From contig JAQGDQ010000278.1 in the NCBI GenBank assembly GCA_030141605.1, forward strand, positions 62,001 through 126,000: a stretch of DNA of 64,000 nucleotides, given 5' to 3'. The notes beneath the pieces were generated by a model that saw only the letters and a list, made by a program, of their open reading frames with translations, had not been told where the DNA came from and made no database searches. Positions within the stretch are counted from its first letter, which is position 1. Each line of letters opens with the position of its first letter. The translations under genes were made by a program, and so were the position numbers. Source of the DNA: Tubiluchus corallicola (lineage: Eukaryota > Animalia > Priapulida). Positions 1 through 12,685 of the stretch are shown here, piece after piece.

Positions 1-1240
1 TATATGAATTTTCTCACTCGCACAAACTGACTGGCCGCTGATTGTAGCCAAAAGAGAAAATGAACTTATTTGATTCGACAGAAGCATGGATGAATCAATT
101 TATGAATTAACGAACGAATATTTAAATGAATGAGCAAACGAATGAACGAATGAACGAACGAACGCATGAAAGAGTGAGTTTACGATTCAGTGATCAGGAT
201 TACTTGATAATGCACTTTTCAAAAAACCAAAATGCATTTATAAAATTACAAACCATAAGGTTAAACTTACTATAAATTCCATTTGAAATAATATTACTAA
301 AAAAGAAAGAGAAATAGAAAAAATCACACTGATTTGTGACATTTTATGTACCATTAAAGCCAACAGTTGAGATTCCGCGTTTCATAGCTTGTGCAACGAA
401 CTGACAATACGCCCTGGCTTGACAGTCCTTGCAGGCTTCTTGTTTTCCTTGAAAGGTTCTTGGATAGCAGACTCGCTTCAACATCTCCACCGCGTTTTTG
501 CTAATTTGAGTAGAAACGAATGCAAACCCTCCAGAGCCATGAATCATTTCAGCATTGCCTTGAAGCGCTTCATTTTACTGGCATTCAGAGCAGACCAAAT
601 AGACAGCGTCTAATTACATATCGCGAGATAATGCTTCTTGAAAACTATTCAAAGTTCTTGAATTGAAATTAATAACGTTAAAGATCTAACAGATCGTGTG
701 TTTACTCTTTGAGCTTTTTGAGTAAGAAGTGAAACCTAGAGACTTGTAGTTTCTGTGCTGCTTCGTGGAGTATATACAATAGAAAAGAAAGCATACTTAG
801 ATGTTGTAGATGAAGCTTTGCGACGCTTACCCAAAAAAGTATGAAAGAATATAAAAAACGATACAAGTAGCAATAATTTTTGATACCACCTGCTGCTGTA
901 GAACTGAAAATCGTGAAGATTATGATGGGAGTATTAAACAAATAACGGACATTATAAGATACAGATATTAATAACTCAAATAATTACTTTGTTCCTCTTT
1001 TTTCTTCAATTAGTTAATAATAAGTGTCCATTTTGTCCTTAACGTGCTGTAGTTGCTTTAACATCTCTTTAACCCGATGACTTTATATGTTAATTTTTAG
1101 TATACAGCATTTTCTAAATGTTTCAAAATAGATATGTTTAAACTATACTAATTTATCAAATGCACATTATGTGACTGCTTGAAAGGGACCGTGACTAATT
1201 TGAAAAAAAGTAAAGCAGTCAGGCTTAGCTAACAAGTTGA

Positions 1241-1610
1241 TTAAAGGAAAACCCAAGACTCTCAGGAAGTTGAGCTTGCTTTAATATTTGAGAAAAATGT
1301 TAGAGCCTCGTGTAATTAGTAAAATCAATTTAAAATCGTTATCATTTCACACTTGGTAGCGCTCATTTTAAACGAAATGTGACGTAATCTGGTGTTCGTG
1401 CAGTACAGACATTCATCTGCAGCTGCAAAAAAGTTTGCTCAAGTACCTGGCGAGGTAAATGCTAGGTGGTTATACGCTCAGTGAAATAGAGGGGCACTCA
1501 AGAAAAAACAGCATTCTTTTGTAAAGCTGTTTCTGTAAAACCATGTAGGAACTTTCTAAACGCCACAGTCTAAAGACGTCTAATTCATAAAGTGAGAGAA
1601 AATAAAAATT
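1241..1610 (+). mobile_element. Left end of a TTAA-flanked (Kolobok-like) non-autonomous DNA element
   Basis: TTAA|AGGAAAACC at 1241 is the reverse complement of the GGTTTTCCT|TTAA ends at 26722 and 43740. The right boundary is uncertain. Confidence 0.4.
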
Positions 1611-1621
1611 CGTTATCGTAT

Positions 1622-2006
1622 TAATAGTAATAGTAATAGTAATAGTAATAGTAATAGTAATAGTAATAGTAATAGTAATAGTAATAGTAATAGTAATAGT
1701 AATAGTAATAGTAATAGTAATAGTAATAGTAATAGTAATAGTAATAGTAATAGTAATAGTAATAGTAATAGTAATAGTAATAGTAATAGTAATAGTAATA
1801 GTAATAGTAATAGTAATAGTAATAGTAATAGTAATAGTAATAGTAATAGTAATAGTAATAGTAATAGTAATAGTAATAGTAATAGTAATAGTAATAGTAA
1901 TAGTAATAGTAACAGTAACAGTAACAGTAACAGTAACAGTAACAGTAACAGTAACAGTAACAGTAACAGTAACAGTAACTGTAACAGTAACAGTAACAGT
2001 AACAGT

Positions 2007-2092
<86 letters not shown>

Positions 2093-2235
2093 TAGCAATA
2101 GCAACAGCAACAGCAACAGCAACAGCAACTGCAACAGCAACAGCAATAACAAAAGAATTAGCAGTAGCAATAGCAATAGCAGTAGCAGTAGCAAAAGCAA
2201 TAGCAATAGCAATAATAATAGTACCAGCAATAGTA
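1622..2235. repeat. Compound hexamer microsatellite (TAATAG)~48-(TAACAG)~17-(CAACAG)n with a degenerate tail
   Basis: Directly visible; block switches at 1910 and 2012. It produces the spurious poly-Leu ORF. Confidence 0.98.
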
Positions 2236-3044
2236 AGAAGTATGTTAATTCATGGATAACGGTATTAGAAATGAAAATAATGATGATTTTGGCAATTAGA
2301 ACTTCATGATATTGATGATAGTATTGATCACAGATTAATGGCTACAGCGAGTGTGAGGGCTGATGGTAGTAATAACTATCAATCTGATAATGATTATGAA
2401 AGTGTGATATGCACGTGAAGTTAAGCAGCCAAGAGTGGAGATTGATTGGAGAACCAAGCGAGACTGGGCAAGTAGATCACAAGGAGATTTTGACCTAGGC
2501 TGCCTTATTATTGTCGCTGTGGAACCAAGAATACATCTGGTGCCTTTCGTGAAAATGTCGAGCAAAAGTGTTCTATTTTATTTTTTATCAAGCCGGAGAG
2601 ATCTTGTTGCATTTTGCCACTTTCCTCTTCTGCCAAAGGCATTTCTACGGCTTTTCTTGTTTATTTAAAACATTATGACACGTTTGCGCAATTGAACATC
2701 CTTGTACAGTCGGCAGAGTAGCTGTTTGGTTGCAGAAGTACTGTCAGCCCTCGCAACTAACTTGGTTTTTATAGATCTCTTCAGCACCAATCAAATAAAC
2801 GTGAAGGCAAGTAGTAATAGTTTACTGGAGCAGCGCTATAGGCGCACGATTGATTTGGTTATATTGGTACCACAGGTGCCCAAAAAGTGGAAAACACGCT
2901 AACGGCATTTCAATTTCCAAATAATGTTACTTGTACTTTATTTATTGCTTTATGAAACAAAAATAGAGTACAATATCGTGAGGAGTCAAAAGGAGTCACA
3001 TGACTCGTGTTTTATTGTTCAAATCCCATCTTAAAATACACTAT

Positions 3045-3129
3045 TACTTACTTACTTACTCACTCACTCACTCACTCACTCACTCACTCACTCACTCACT
3101 CACTCACTCACTCACTCACTCACTCACTT
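3045..3129. repeat. (TTAC)n-(TCAC)n microsatellite
   Basis: Directly visible tandem tetramers. Confidence 0.97.
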
Positions 3130-4453
3130 ATGTCAAGAATTCAATTTTAAAGATTAGAAATTACGTGAACAAGTGTAAATCATAGAATCATATTATTTAC
3201 AATGCAATCAAATTATTTACGTATATAAGTATATAGAGGCGGTGTTCTAGGGAACAGTGGTCTTGTCCGATAAGTCCCTTTAAAAGATAGGTGTTTTGAT
3301 TGGTCCTTGATTTGACCTGTAACAATAAATTTATTCAAAATACGACCCATTCAAACTCATACAGCGTAATGTAACTAATTCCTAGTTTAAGCGAGTGCAC
3401 GAAACAATGATACAAGCACAGATGCCACGCTGCCACGCTGCAAGGCAAAAGGTTACCCGTCGATCAGTCTTAAGTACATTATTTTTGATATCCTGTAGAG
3501 CACATTTTATGCCGCAGAGAAAGATTACAGATCTCATTTATTAGAAGCTTTTAAACAAACGAACTTGGCTTTTGGCGTGACGCAGACATTTCGTCGATGA
3601 ATTCTCGTCACATCACCGCAAATCCCTCGGCTGTTTCGACTCCAAGTCGACGCCAGACGATTAGCCATGCCGTCTTTCCGTTCGCATCTCTTTACGAAAA
3701 TAAATCGCGCGCGCATACCGCATTTTAAACGTCCTCCTTATCTCATAAATCAACATCGGCAAATCGATAATATGTGACTTTTCCTAGTGTTTGGTTTACT
3801 TTGCCTAATCGTAGTAAGTATCCGGGAGTAAAATGTTACTTTGTAGCGAGGGAAATTGTCGGCAATTTTGCGCAGGATAGAGAGTGAATGTCGCTGCGGC
3901 AGTGTTAATGAAGTCATCTGCTGCTATTCAACTCTCTACGCAACTGATGAAATTACGCCACATCGAACGTGATCAAATTGAGATAGGAAAGCATTAGCTC
4001 TGTAAAGGCTAGCTCTGATCTGACTGTTGACGCCATTAGGAAATCAATATTATGCAGGATAACAGAGAAATAATAGGTTTAGACGAAGTCCGAGATGACG
4101 CAGGCAATTAAAAACCAATTTGCTGTAATCCGTCCAATAGAAATTGCGAAACGTTTAAGTGAGTGAGTAAGCTGAAACGCAAGCTGCCGTAAAGAAGACG
4201 ATCAAAACAAACCTGAAATTTTGCAAATACATGGTAGTTTAGTTAAAATCTTAGTTAAAAAGAGACGATTACCTAACGAGGCAAATGTCCTTGAAAATTA
4301 TATCACAATTTTAAATAATTTATGTCTGATTTTAGTAATAGGTTTATAGGTTTCCTGAAATTGAAGCTTTCATTTCTCTGTTGATGAATTACATCCAGGC
4401 TAACAAAACTTGTCAGTAAGATTTTGATTTACTTTTTAAATCTAGTACGTAAT

Positions 4454-4485
4454 CAAACAAACAAACAAACAAACAAACAAACAAA
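4454..4485. repeat. (CAAA)n microsatellite
   Basis: 8 tandem units. Confidence 0.95.
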
Positions 4486-6099
4486 TTTGTAAATAAAAAC
4501 AGCTAGTAACTAAGAGATTTAAGTGTGTTTGATTTTTAAAATGACTTATGCGCACAAAACATGCAACTTACTTTCTTCTATAATCCTTTTTCCACCGCAC
4601 ACGCAATTGCAGAAGACTCGGCTGAAGATTGAAGCGTTAATTCTTGCAGTTTTCTCCTAATTATCTCTTCTTGTGCAATGAAGCGCAAGAGCGTTTAGGG
4701 TTTGGGAAGCCTAATTAGTCACGTTTAAATTTATAATAATTGCCATCCCGTTGTTCTTTCTTGATCAAGGCTGACTTATTAGCTTAGTTAAGCGGCTGTA
4801 ACTTTGTAGAAATTAGTCAGAATTGTTCTTGTGAAATCGACGGGTAGTGTTGTAGCAGATTAACAGGTAGTATTAATTAAAATACACAGAAGTGCTTATT
4901 TTAACCGTTGAAAGAAACAGCAGAGATAACATAAGTCAACGCACTAAAAGACTTTAAAAGACACAAACAAAGCTGATGAATATAAATGTCTTAAATTAAA
5001 TCTGATTAAATCATAGGACATAGCGTCAGCTGACAAATGTGAATCTAATCTTCATTTTCACCATCATTTCATTCACTTGTCATTGTCATTACCCTTACTA
5101 TAACCTTGTTATTTCATTCTTTTCGCTTATTTTAGTTCACACCTACTTCTTTTCATTTTGTTTTCTGCTCAGGCCTGTAGAAGTCAATCTCTTCTTAACT
5201 TGTGCGGATATCTCAACATGTGGTGAAACTGTAACTTTTGTTCTGTTTTGTATTAGTAAAATCTTGACTGTAATGTATGCAACAATGTATTGTTCATGGT
5301 ATTTAGGAATAAAAACCAAGTGGCTGATACATCATAAAATTCGTTTTTAACGACTTTAGGCAGCACCATCGAATTATGAATTAAACACTATTCATATTAT
5401 TCGTTGTCTTAATTTTGGTTGCGATCCTGCGTAGAGTAAGGTATGGCGCACTATCACTAAGACAAGTCACCATGCTGTCATTAATTGACTGGTCAGTGGA
5501 CATTGATTATTACCCATGAACGCACATGGTGACTTCGTCTTCTTGTTTTGTTTTTGTTCTTTTTTGGCTAACTAACTCTTAGCTAACTTTATCAATTGTA
5601 TTAACTTAGTTTTTACAGTACTACCATTAGTACGCACTTTTGAGTCGTTGTTGGCCTTTGATTCAAAGAAATTATTTAATTTGCTATCCGATGTAATTTA
5701 TCCTTTCACTCTAAATGTAACTTTGAGAAACAGCTATCTTAATTTGGTAAAAAATACCCCATGGCGTTCATAAGAAAACACTCATACGTCGCTTCGTGAA
5801 TGACGCAATTAATTTAACAAATTACTTCAAAATAACTTTTGTTTCAAAGCCACAGCTGTTGATGGTGAAGTCCATTTGTTTTATTATCCCATGTAGAAAA
5901 GGTAAAGCAAGCGTGCTAATAAATTTACATCATTAAGTAAATTTTGTCTGTCAAAGATGCGTCCGCATACATGAACACTATGTTTTATCGCTATTCCACT
6001 TCTTATTGCACGAAACTTGTTTCTTGGTCTGTTTAACCGTTTTTGTACTTTTTACAATTATAACCGGTTGCTGGTCCTGTTTCATTTTCTGTTGTAATT

Positions 6100-6490
6100 G
6101 TATAGATTTCTCTTGTTACAGCTGTTATCATGAAATCTGCTGTTGATGTCGTTGTTGCTGTAATTACGCAGATTTCTGTTCGTACTGCTGTTGCTGGGAG
6201 TTGTGTTGTTGCTACTGATGCTGTTGCATTGGCTTTTGTTGTTATTGTTGCTGATGTGACTTCTGCTACTGTTGTTGTTGTTATGGCTATTAATGTTTCT
6301 ACTACTGTAACTTTCTTGTTGCTGTTTGATAGTAACCTCAGCTGCAACAGTTGTCGGCGGCGTCGACATCATCAAAATCATTATGATCCTTGCCTCCATC
6401 CCTATCGCCTCATTCGCCGCTGCCACTGCCTTCTGTCTTTGCAGTTGGTGTTGCCATTGCTGCTTTTGCTAGTTCTACCACTGCTAACGT
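6100..6490. repeat. Degenerate (GTT/GCT)n low-complexity tract
   Basis: Trinucleotide-derived; gives overlapping Val/Ala/Thr/Asn-rich spurious ORFs on both strands. Confidence 0.75.
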
Positions 6491-6854
6491 TACACAGCTT
6501 CCCGGCGTGCAAACCCTTTCCTTTTCAACTGTTTAACGCCGCGATGTCCGCCTATGACGCGAGGAAGAATCCTCTCAGCACATTTGAAATTCTCTTGTTG
6601 AAAAGGACAATCATGACAATTCTCTGGACAGCGAACAGCCTGATTACGTTAGCTGCAAATACACTTTAAATCAAGTGCAAAATGTCAGTTCTGTGGCACT
6701 TGTGACACTTATGATCCCCTAATAAGCCCCTGAAAAACATTTCCTCAGTGTCTATACATTTCAACAAGTTTAGAGTTACTATCGAGAAAGAGTAGAATTT
6801 CGGCAAAAATTTGACATTGCAATTCCTACAATTAAATGTTTAGGTCTGAAAAAA

Positions 6855-7230
6855 TATTACTTATTTTATTTTATTGCGTAATCCATTGATAAAATTGTAC
6901 AATTATCTACATATAAAATGAATACCTACATATCTAAGCTAAAATAATAAAAATAAACACAAATAACATGCACGAAATATACAAGATAGAGGTAAAAACT
7001 GGAGAAAAAGATAAAATGGAAAACAAAAAGCTAGAAGCTACTTACAAATTAATTACAACTATACTTACAAGCTACTTATAATTATACATTACAAATGTAA
7101 GCAAAATTAATGCTATGGTTTGTTAATTCATAATTATGTTTTCAAAAAATAAGTTAACTAAGGAGCCTGTATGATGTTAGAAATTAGTCTTGAACTGTTT
7201 TTAAAACTTTATTAATGGTTCTTTGTTAAT
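6855..7230 (-). mobile_element. Probable L2/CR1-type LINE 3' end
   Basis: The minus strand reads ...SFKKQFKTNF* (resembling the FKxxLKT ORF2 terminus), followed by a T-rich UTR ending in AATAAAATAAAATAA. Confidence 0.4.
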
Positions 7231-8923
7231 GACCATGCACTGCAGCGAAAGCACTGCCAGGACCCAAACCACGATTAGCGTAAAAAAATATGGCATTCAA
7301 ATGAGCATACATGTGCAAATGTGCTTTATAGTGAATGCACTAGGGTAATTAATTATTGCATTAATTACTAGGATATATGTGCGGGTATATTCTCATTGGT
7401 TGATGAAAATTTTAGAAACCTACCAAACAAAAAACTACCAAATACTATGGTATTCACTAGAAAAGTTAATTTACCAAAAAAACTACTTTCTTAAAAATAT
7501 AATTAGCAGTGCTGTAATTTTTCACTATTCGAACTTGCAAGTTTGTTTGAAACTCATGATTCTAGATTGAGTACGTGGCACAAGCTGACCAACTATCTTC
7601 TAGTTCCACTAGAAAATATTTAAAAAACTTTCATGTTGACTGGGCTTCTTCACAAATTTTAAGGCGAAAAGCGAGTGAAAGGAAACTGTAGACTCGTTAA
7701 CTGAGACTTTCAGACTTAAGCAGGACTGAGAATTCACCTCCTAATGTGACCCACTTGGATTCACTAATGTGAATAACGTCAGAGATTTGAAGCTTTGAAT
7801 GCGCGCTCATATATGTGAGAATAGCTATTTGAAATCTTTATATCACAGCGATTAGTAAAACACAACATATCTACCAAAACGCTTAACTAGTTCTGTGTGC
7901 TATTGCAGGAATAAGGAAAATTTGTCATCTTACAAGTATATTTTCTTTTTAATCTGCAAGCAGCAGATTTGAAGAAAACTTGCACACTTATCTGTTAGGC
8001 ATCGAATTTTAGATATGATAACATGACAACAATATATAATTCTAGAACTGTAGTACCAAAAGTCTTGGGGTATGTCCTCAGGCAATGGTGTGGTTAAAAA
8101 GCTAGAATGCTTTGAGAATCAGAGATAGGAGTCAATTTGTGAAATTAGGGCTCAATCATATGAGTAAACCGCATCGACTAGGCATAGTCAAGTAATAATT
8201 AGCCACTAATAACGTGCACACAGGTCAGTCACAGTTGTGCACAGTAATCTACAGTATTTGACATGACTAATCCGTGCTGGTCCAGGTGTAGTCAAGTGAT
8301 AAACGCGGCCATGCTCGCGGATTTGGATTTTAATTCATTCAGTCTTGTTATTGTAAGTGAATCTTTAACTGTATAACAGTTTACGTGGTTAATTAAGCAG
8401 ATCATAATTACTTGTCATTTTATATCAAGATGTTGACGTTTGCATTTGGATTATTAAAATTTTAAACCAAGCGGGTGATTGACTGCGTGTTGATACATTT
8501 AGAGTAGACCACCACTCCTGATTTGCCCCGGAGTCATCTGAAATTCAGCTATAGTTCCGTGATTCGGTCGGACTTTTTAAAAATTCTGAAATCTTCTGAT
8601 TTCGATCATCGCATTGAACTTGAAAATCAAACTAAACCCTCACTATACTATCTGCTTTTACAATTTAAAATCTTACTCACATTACGAATGTTCGATTTAT
8701 TTTATTATAAACTTACTGGTTTCTTATTTTTTATGACTTCGATCACTTCTTTGTTAGCGGTATTAAATTTTATGACCCGCCATTTTTCGTTGCGTGAGAC
8801 AAATGACGTAATGAGTGCAGTCTCGAAGTCACCAAGGATCGGTAAACATCGGTAACCAAAGACGTACTACGTCCTGTACGGACGTACGTCATCCTCGCTC
8901 ACTCACGCCAAAGACGCGAAAAC

Positions 8924-8971
8924 ATGGTTATCTTTACGGCAAGGCACGCGCTCGAAATTCGCCAGAAAAAG
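8924..8971 (+). CDS. Possible first coding exon (MVIFTARHALEIRQKK) of the rhomboid gene; speculative
   Basis: CpG-rich segment, AAAC-ATG-G start context, 16 codons ending at a phase-0 donor AAG|gtaaaa compatible with the microexon. A stronger phase-1 donor (G|gtaagt at 8979) lies 7 nt downstream, and the surroundings look like a DNA-transposon remnant. Confidence 0.2.
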
Positions 8972-9632
8972 GTAAAAGGTAAGTTATTTAATTTATAAGT
9001 CTATTTTTGTTTAATAATAACTATTAATTCTTTGTTTAATCATAATAATGCATTAAAAAAACTTCAATATCTGCTGGGGTTATATAGGGCTTTAAGTAAA
9101 AATTACCAAAATACATTTTGCATCAATTGCATGCTACTGAAACTTATTATAAGGTTAGCTAAAAACGCCTCCAAAAACCCTGAAAAAACTGAAAATGTAT
9201 TGAGTTGGGAATAAATTCAAAAATTGACATACTGCTTGCACTTTTGTAAATTTTAAACTTTCAGGGTTGTCCTAGAGTCTAAAATCAAGAAATTTGTACA
9301 ACTTTGCTGCTTAAATTTCTTGATTCTTAGCAGTACTAATGCTAGATATCCTGCGTGCATTGTTTCAAAGCTACTCATTCACAACTTGGGTGTCACTCTA
9401 GTGTCGTAAATCAAGGGAAAATTGTCTCCTGCGCCATAAATCAAAGAAATTTTTAATTTTAGCTTGTAAGCAGTGGGCAGGTGATAGGCTTTTGCAAACC
9501 GCAGTGCTACTAATATCAAATACTAAATCAGAAATCAGACTAATTATTAATCGCACGTGTTTACATTATTTATCTTGTGTGCTTTATTCTCAAATGATGT
9601 GTTCGGACTTGTTTAATTACTGCTATTATTAA

Positions 9633-10775
9633 AGTGGCGTTTATGTAGCATCCGGAATACGTTATGCGTTATCCACCTGCGGGATGGGTGCATATAAAAA
9701 TAGCGTACACGCAGGTCTGATAAGGGGTGCATCGAAAATAATATAAACCGATTTTATCTATTCCGCACCCCATAACGCTTAACGCAGACGATCTCAGTTC
9801 TAAGCTGGTGCATTTGGGTCTTGGCTATGAGAGTATTAATCTCAGTATAAATCATTTATTTTATGCCGATGACATGGTACTCCTTACACCTTATGGTGCT
9901 GCTCTGCAATTACTAATCGACTGCTGTGCGAATTTTGCTAATTCTCATGGATGTCATATGTGGTACAACCAAGGCCAACTGCATACTTATAAATGATAAA
10001 TTCTGCAAACCCTGCATTTGGCCCATATTTTGGCCTAATGATTCTCCTCTTAAATATTGCAATTCTTATAACTATTTGGGTTATGTATTCACTAGTGATT
10101 TACGTGATGATAAGGCCATGAAAGCGTAGTCAAGACGTCTTTATGCAAGGGCAAATACTTTATCAGTTAACTTCTCTAAATGTTGTGTAAATACGAAAAT
10201 AATGATGTTCAAATCGTATTCGTGCCAATTTTAAGCATGTGCCCTAATGGTGAAATTTTTCAAATAAAACTACACTTTCTTAAAGGTGGCTCGCAATAAT
10301 GCATTTCGTAAGCTCTTCGGCATTTTGGGAAGATGCAGCATAAGTGAAAATTTTGTACATTTTAGTATTCCCAGCTATAACGGGATCCTTTATATATGGG
10401 CTGGCAGAAATACCTAATAATATAATTGATAAATTGTAACTTTACTCTGCATATCACAATACAGTTATATGGACGAACTGGTACAAACAATGCTTTGCAT
10501 TATGAAATTAACATCCTTTACCATTTTAAAGGTGACTTTTATTGGATTTTGTGCCTCTGTATATTGTATTTTAGTGGCCTGTCTTGTGTATTTATGTTTT
10601 GTGTTTGGGTGTGTATGTATGTATTTATGTAAATATTTCATTAGTTTCTGTCATTCATAATTTCAGGATATAGCTGAGTGTTTTTTTAATTTTTATACAA
10701 GGCTATGTACTTTTAAATGTATGAAACAAATTTAAAATAAAAAATACGCATTCCGGATGCTACATAAACGCCACT
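9633..10775. mobile_element. TIR-bounded non-autonomous DNA element (Kolobok-like, TTAA flank) containing a LINE fragment
   Basis: ~30-bp TIRs AGTGGCGTTTATGTAGCATCCGGAATACGT (9633-9662) and ACGCATTCCGGATGCTACATAAACGCCACT (10746-10775), 1 mismatch. Flanks are TTAA and TAA. Confidence 0.85.
9787..10745 (+). mobile_element. 5'-truncated, frameshifted non-LTR retrotransposon (RT domain and C-terminus; Proto2-like)
   Basis: Translates DDLSSKL...INHLFYADDMVLLTP...LQLLIDCC (RT YADD), then YLGYVFTSDLRDD...RLYARANTLSVNFSKC, with stops and frameshifts, a T-rich 3' UTR and an A-rich tail. Confidence 0.9.
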
Positions 10776-11086
10776 TAATACTGCTTTGAGATAGTACTTG
10801 TGTGACTGAAATAAATGATATCAACCATAAATTCTAAATTCTACAAACTTTGAAACAGTTTGGGGCGAAAAGTGATAAAAAATTTAGCTTCCAATTTCGA
10901 CATCAGCTATTGACTGGTAACCACAGTTTTGAACGATGGAATATTTCTTAATTTGCAAAATCTGCAAACCCTGTGTTAATAGACATCCTATAATCATTGT
11001 TGTTATCATACATTTAATTTGCCACATTTTGTTTAAATATAGGTTAAGATCTTATAAAAAATTTTCTCTTTTTCCTGCTGCTTCAG

Positions 11087-11110
11087 AAGTGGAAGGCGCT
11101 GTTTGACAAG
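11087..11110 (+). CDS. RHBDL3: 24-nt coding microexon (KWKALFDK) of an EF-hand-containing rhomboid protease, RHBDL1/3 / rho-4-like
   Basis: Strong acceptor ttttctctttttcctgctgcttcag, then AAGTGGAAGGCGCTGTTTGACAAG, then donor gtatgt. Phase 0-0. It splices in frame to the 25849 exon to give KWKALFDK|YDTEGFGE, which resembles vertebrate RHBDL3 HWKVLFDQ|FDPGNTG as I recall it. Missed by the ORF track. Confidence 0.85.
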
Positions 11111-11264
11111 GTATGTAAATCGCTTCACACAAAGTAATGCAATTTTGTTTCAGAATTTGGCCCAAGATATCCCGAGCAAGAGTAAATGTTACTACTGCAT
11201 GTTATTCAGATACCGCAATACAGCTGCAATTTTTGAAGGAGCCCATAGAAAAACCTCTCGAAGT

Positions 11265-11628
11265 CAGGGCCGGATTATGACCTTTTGGACCCCCTGAGGC
11301 TAATGAAATTATGGGCCGCTCGGACGGAGCCACCCTCTAACACAGCCGCACCGGTCGTGAATATTTTTTACTCGTGATATATTTTAACTACACTTATATA
11401 GCTTGAAGTAAATTTACTGCAATTACAAAGGCGATATTTTTTATGAATAAAAATATTCATTAAGAAATACCACTATTTTATTATTTACTGCACCCAAATT
11501 AGTACATATTTCACAACACACCCGTAGTGAAGAAACGATTTTTTTACCAAATGTTACAAAGCTCGCGGGCCCCCACTCTGGGGCCCTAGGCTACAGCCTA
11601 TACTAGCCTATAGGATAATCCAGCCCTG
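11265..11628. mobile_element. 364-bp hAT-like MITE
   Basis: TIRs CAGGGCCGGATTA and TAATCCAGCCCTG (1 mismatch) with subterminal GGGCCC motifs. No intact 8-bp TSD is visible. Confidence 0.8.
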
Positions 11629-12289
11629 ATAGCGGTTTACATATATTAGTTAGTGTAATATATGTTACTCATACTTTTTGTACAGTTTTGCAAGATCATA
11701 TCTCCCAATGTGTAACTTCATTTTTCTGTGAATTAATCACGCAATCGCGTCATATTTCCTTCTCTCATTAATGCGATACCCACTGTGCCAAAGTTTTCTT
11801 TTTGAAGCAAATGTATTAACTTCCTTCAACTTATTTGGACATTAATGACATTACATGGTAGAAGCTTATACTAGACATGCAGTGACTTTCATTATTGATT
11901 GCTTGCTGCGAACAAACAAACTGACCGGATGCTTCTTCTTCTTATAATAAGTGAAAGCAATAACACCAACTATACTTGCTGTACACAGTCAATACACAAA
12001 GTAACGCATCAGTCTCAGTAAAAATTATACAGTGATTAAAATAACGCAATTATTTATTACCACGGTTCTCTAATTTTGCTGGATGGTTAAATGTAAATAC
12101 CAGGGGGTTTAACTATATATTATCTTCTTCGGTTGAACGTAAGACGTTCTGGCATTTAATTATAATTCAGAATCTCACAGGGATAATAATGCTGCCAGTT
12201 TCTGATATCTATTTTACGTACGTGAAGATTTTATTAGCGCTGAGACTTGCAAACATTTTGTTTTAAAACGAGGATTACATCTGCTTCTG

Positions 12290-12685
12290 GTGTTCTGCTG
12301 GAGGCTGTTTTTGTGACTGTTGCTGCCGCTCTTAGCTGTGCTGCTATTGCCTGCTGCTAGCGCTGCTGCTGCTGCTGTTGGCTGTTGCTGCTTCTATTGA
12401 ATGCTGTTGTTGTTGTGGATTTCTGCTGATGATGATGACTGTTGTCATTAGTTGCTGCTGTTCGCTGCTGCTGCTACTGCTGATTATGGCTGCTCCTGTT
12501 AGTTGCTGTTACTGCTGATATGGACCAATGGACTCTTCCTGTTAGCTGCTGTTACTGCAGATATTAGTTGCTCTTGTTGGCTGCTACTACTGCTGATATT
12601 GGCTGCTGCTACTGCTGCTATCGGCTGCTCCTGTTAGCTGCAATTATTGCTGATATTGGCTGCTTCTGTTGGCTTCTGTTGGCTC
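12290..12685. repeat. (GCT)n-derived low-complexity tract grading into a ~35-bp minisatellite
   Basis: Recurrent CTGCTGATATTGGCTGCTCCTGTTAGCTG-like units. Confidence 0.75.

Noticed and set aside
1423-1460. Short AG...GAG|GTAAAT exon-like segment
   Set aside because: The length is not a multiple of 3, the pyrimidine tract is weak, and it lies within a probable transposon end.
1613-2230. 205-aa poly-Leu ORF
   Set aside because: Translation of a hexamer microsatellite.
6033-6669. Overlapping Val/Ala/Thr/Asn-rich ORFs
   Set aside because: Degenerate trinucleotide repeat; no recognisable domain or splice support.
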